Assembly (NCBI GenBank): GCA_963768055.1
Contig: CAVYGN010000002.1
Span: 896,001 to 960,000, forward strand
Direction: 5' to 3'
Length of the DNA: 64,000 nt
Source: an uncultured Spirochaetota bacterium
GTDB taxonomy: Bacteria > Spirochaetota > Brevinematia > Brevinematales > JAOACQ01
The translations under genes were made by a program, and so were the position numbers. Below the pieces are notes generated by a model. That model was not told the DNA's origin. It worked only from the letters and a program-made list of their open reading frames with translations, and searched no databases. Shown one piece after another: positions 61,717-64,000 of the stretch (its first letter is position 1; the number at the start of each line of letters is the position of its first letter).

Positions 61717-61848
61717 GGGCACTTCTAAAAACCCCCGGACAAGCCGGGATAAACGCCTTTTTAAGGCGGCAAGGTAGTGCCCATTGGGCGGTTTCATTAC
61801 GATTAGAATATCATTTATTAATAATAAAGTGAGTTTTTGGAACCGCCC
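61717..61848 (+). repeat. Structured MITE/REP-like element, family A copy 2
   Basis: Homologous to the reverse complement of 4887-4997; fills the gap between convergent rplQ and hom; flanked by TTCA on both sides. Confidence 0.85.
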
Positions 61849-61849
61849 T

Positions 61850-63136
61850 TCATTCCATTATCCTTATCTTGACGCCCCTCTGTTTGGAAAAATAAAGTTT
61901 CTCTATTTCATCGAAGGCTTTTACTATGTTTTTTTCAAATGCCGCGTGAGTGGTCATTATTATCGGGACATAATCGGTCTTGCTCCTTTCTTTCTGAATA
62001 ACTGAAGCGATGCTAATATTATTGTCGCCGAATATACCCGATATTTTTGAGAGGACCCCGGGCTTATCAAGAACATTAAACCTTACATAATACCTTGTCT
62101 CGATATCACCGATGATTTTAAGCGGATAATTATTGAAACAGCGGTACCGGAGACTTGAAACCGGGCCGGGGATCGATTTTGCGATATCGATTATATCTGC
62201 GACAACGGCGCTAGCGGTCGGCAGAGATCCCGCACCCTTGCCGTAGTACATGGAATTGCCGAGATAAGCGCTTTCAATCAGTACTGCGTTGAATTCGTTC
62301 CTGACAAATGAAAGCTGGTTCTCCTTCGGAACAAGAGTGGGGTTGACCCTGACTTCTACGGTCTTATCGGGATCGAGTTTCGCTATCGCCAGGAGCTTAA
62401 GTACGTAACCGAGTTCGGCGGCGTTTTTAATGTCCTTTAGATGGATACTTGAGATTCCTTCGACATATACATCCTCAAACCTGATACAGGTGTTGTAGGC
62501 GAGTTCTGCTAAAATTGTAATCTTGTGGGCCGCGTCAGTTCCGCTTACGTCAAGAGTAGGGTCGGTCTCGGCGAAGCCTAGTTTCTGCGCCTCTTTTAGC
62601 GCCATAGTGAAATTTAAATTATCCTCGAACATCCTGGTTAAAATATAATTTGTAGTCCCGTTCACTATGCCGTAGATTGAATATATATTATCTCCTACGA
62701 GGGCGTCGCTTACTGTCCTGATTATCGGTATTCCTCCGCATACGCTGGCCTCGAAACCGATTGAAAGATTACGCTCACTGGCGAGTTCGAAAAGAGCGAG
62801 GCCTTTTTCTGCGAGGAGGGCTTTATTAGCCGTTACAACATTCTTGCCTGCCTTCAAAGCCTCTTCTATCAGGGTATATGCGAAACCTGTACCTCCAGCC
62901 AGTTCTATGATTACGTCGATTTTTTTATCATTCAAGGCCTCATGATAATCCGTAATCTTCTTTGCGCGTTTGATTTCGACGTTCCTGGGGGTATCCCAAT
63001 CCTTATCCGCAACATATTTCAAAAAGAGTTCGATCCCGGTCTTTTTCCTGATCGCTTCGAAATCTTCCTCGAGGATCTTTACAACACCGCTTCCTATTGT
63101 GCCGAAACCGACTAATGCAATCCCGATCCCGGGCAT
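61850..63136 (-). CDS. hom: Homoserine dehydrogenase with ACT domain
   Basis: GFGTIG, VVTANK, FEASVCGGIP, NGTTNYIL, DAAHK, DKPGVLSKI. Confidence 0.96.
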   Translation of the reverse strand: MPGIGIALVGFGTIGSGVVKILEEDFEAIRKKTGIELFLKYVADKDWDTPRNVEIKRAKKITDYHEALNDKKIDVIIELAGGTGFAYTLIEEALKAGKNVVTANKALLAEKGLALFELASERNLSIGFEASVCGGIPIIRTVSDALVGDNIYSIYGIVNGTTNYILTRMFEDNLNFTMALKEAQKLGFAETDPTLDVSGTDAAHKITILAELAYNTCIRFEDVYVEGISSIHLKDIKNAAELGYVLKLLAIAKLDPDKTVEVRVNPTLVPKENQLSFVRNEFNAVLIESAYLGNSMYYGKGAGSLPTASAVVADIIDIAKSIPGPVSSLRYRCFNNYPLKIIGDIETRYYVRFNVLDKPGVLSKISGIFGDNNISIASVIQKERSKTDYVPIIMTTHAAFEKNIVKAFDEIEKLYFSKQRGVKIRIME

Positions 63137-63277
63137 ATAAACCTCCTGGCGAGTTTAAAATTCCCGAATACAATCGGATATTATAAAATTTTTAATGAAA
63201 ATTCGCAATTCGGCAGGGGATCGGAGGAAAGATTGAGGAGAAGAATTTTAAATAAATATAAATCCAAATTTTTATTA

Positions 63278-63306
63278 CTCTGCGTTCTTTGCGGCTCTGC
63301 GGTGAA
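63278..63306. repeat. Family C-like periodic repeat
   Basis: CTCTGCGTT-CTTTGCGG-CTCTGCGGTG, same pattern as CTCCGTGATTCTGTGCCTCCGTG at 9573. Confidence 0.5.
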
Positions 63307-63318
63307 ATTATTCTTACA

Positions 63319-63894
63319 TCAGGAATTAATTTTTCTAAGCAGCCAGGCGAAGTTTTTACCGAGCTCCTTCATTGTCTCAATACCTTCATTATCGCCCTCC
63401 ACATCACCGATCTCACGTCCTATGCCTATATTCCAGTATATCGAACCCGGTACTATCATTCCTCCGATCAGGAAGAAATGGTTTATAGTGTCGAAGGCAT
63501 GCAACGCCCCCGTGCGCCTGACCGCGACGACAGCCGCTCCGGCTTTTCGTTTGAACATCCTGTCGTTTGCCCTTGAGACAAAACCGGTCCTGTCGATAAG
63601 GGCTTTCGTTTCAGATGTAACATCCGCGAAATAAGTTGGAGATCCTATAATAATGCCGTCCGCTTCGATCATTTTCTCAATACAAACGTTAGCGACGTCG
63701 TCTTTTACAACGCATTTTTTGTCTTTATTTTGAAAACATTTGTAACAGGCCCTGCAGCCATGGAGTTTTTTCCCGGCAAGCTGGTAAAGCTCAGTTTCAA
63801 GTCCTTGATTTTCTATTTCTTTCAATACGGTCCGCAGCAGTATTGCCGTATTGCCGTCTTTTCTTGCGCTTCCGTTAAATGCGATGACTTTCAT
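63319..63894 (-). CDS. Iron-sulfur flavoprotein / NADPH-dependent FMN reductase family
   Basis: NGSARKDGNT, CRAC.KC......C, GSPTYF, KALIDR. Confidence 0.92.
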   Translation of the reverse strand: MKVIAFNGSARKDGNTAILLRTVLKEIENQGLETELYQLAGKKLHGCRACYKCFQNKDKKCVVKDDVANVCIEKMIEADGIIIGSPTYFADVTSETKALIDRTGFVSRANDRMFKRKAGAAVVAVRRTGALHAFDTINHFFLIGGMIVPGSIYWNIGIGREIGDVEGDNEGIETMKELGKNFAWLLRKINS

Positions 63895-64000
63895 AAATTT
63901 ATCTCCTTACAATTTACTTCCGGATATATTATTATAGCAGAAATTAGGGCTCACCGCAAAGAGGTGTCTCTGTGCCTGCTTGTAAATCCTAACGATAAGT

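Noticed and set aside
61784..62005. Short ORFs over repeats (also 1491-1694, 9528-9779, 63233-63634)
   Set aside because: They overlap palindromic elements or antisense genes and show no coding signature.
63137..63235. SAM/lysine riboswitch or T-box upstream of hom
   Set aside because: The leader after the likely promoter is too short and lacks the consensus motifs.
1..64000. Alternative genetic code or selenocysteine readthrough
   Set aside because: Conserved genes terminate normally at TAA, TAG and TGA; no in-frame stop splits a conserved domain except through the indels noted.

Overview
Bacterial chromosomal window, most likely from an anaerobic spirochaete-like organism (inferred, unverified). 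1-31.6 kb is a mixed metabolic/accessory region. It holds redox and stress genes, an archease-rtcB pair, mtaB, a GH94 phosphorylase, three exported lipoproteins and aroA. It also holds an [FeFe]-hydrogenase maturation cluster (TM1266-hydG-SDR-hydE-ppk2-aspA-like) with two unexpected enzymes overlapping hydE by 4 nt. 31.6-61.7 kb is one co-oriented block (tRNA-Thr, rpmG, tRNA-Trp, secE-nusG-rplKAJL-rpoBC, str, S10, spc, alpha), followed by hom and a flavodoxin. Best leads: (1) the expanded Hyd cluster with a YdfG-like dehydrogenase and a class III PPK2; (2) uL5 with a ~146-aa charged N-terminal extension, alongside a missing uL30 and a frameshifted uL18; (3) EF-Tu with a remodelled switch I; (4) a dispersed structured intergenic element with compensatory base changes, plus three other palindromic repeat families; (5) a 7-repeat lipoprotein with no Lys/Arg/His in ~300 residues. 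Single-base indels in rplR and adk are probably consensus errors. No CRISPR array, rRNA, transposase or prophage was seen.
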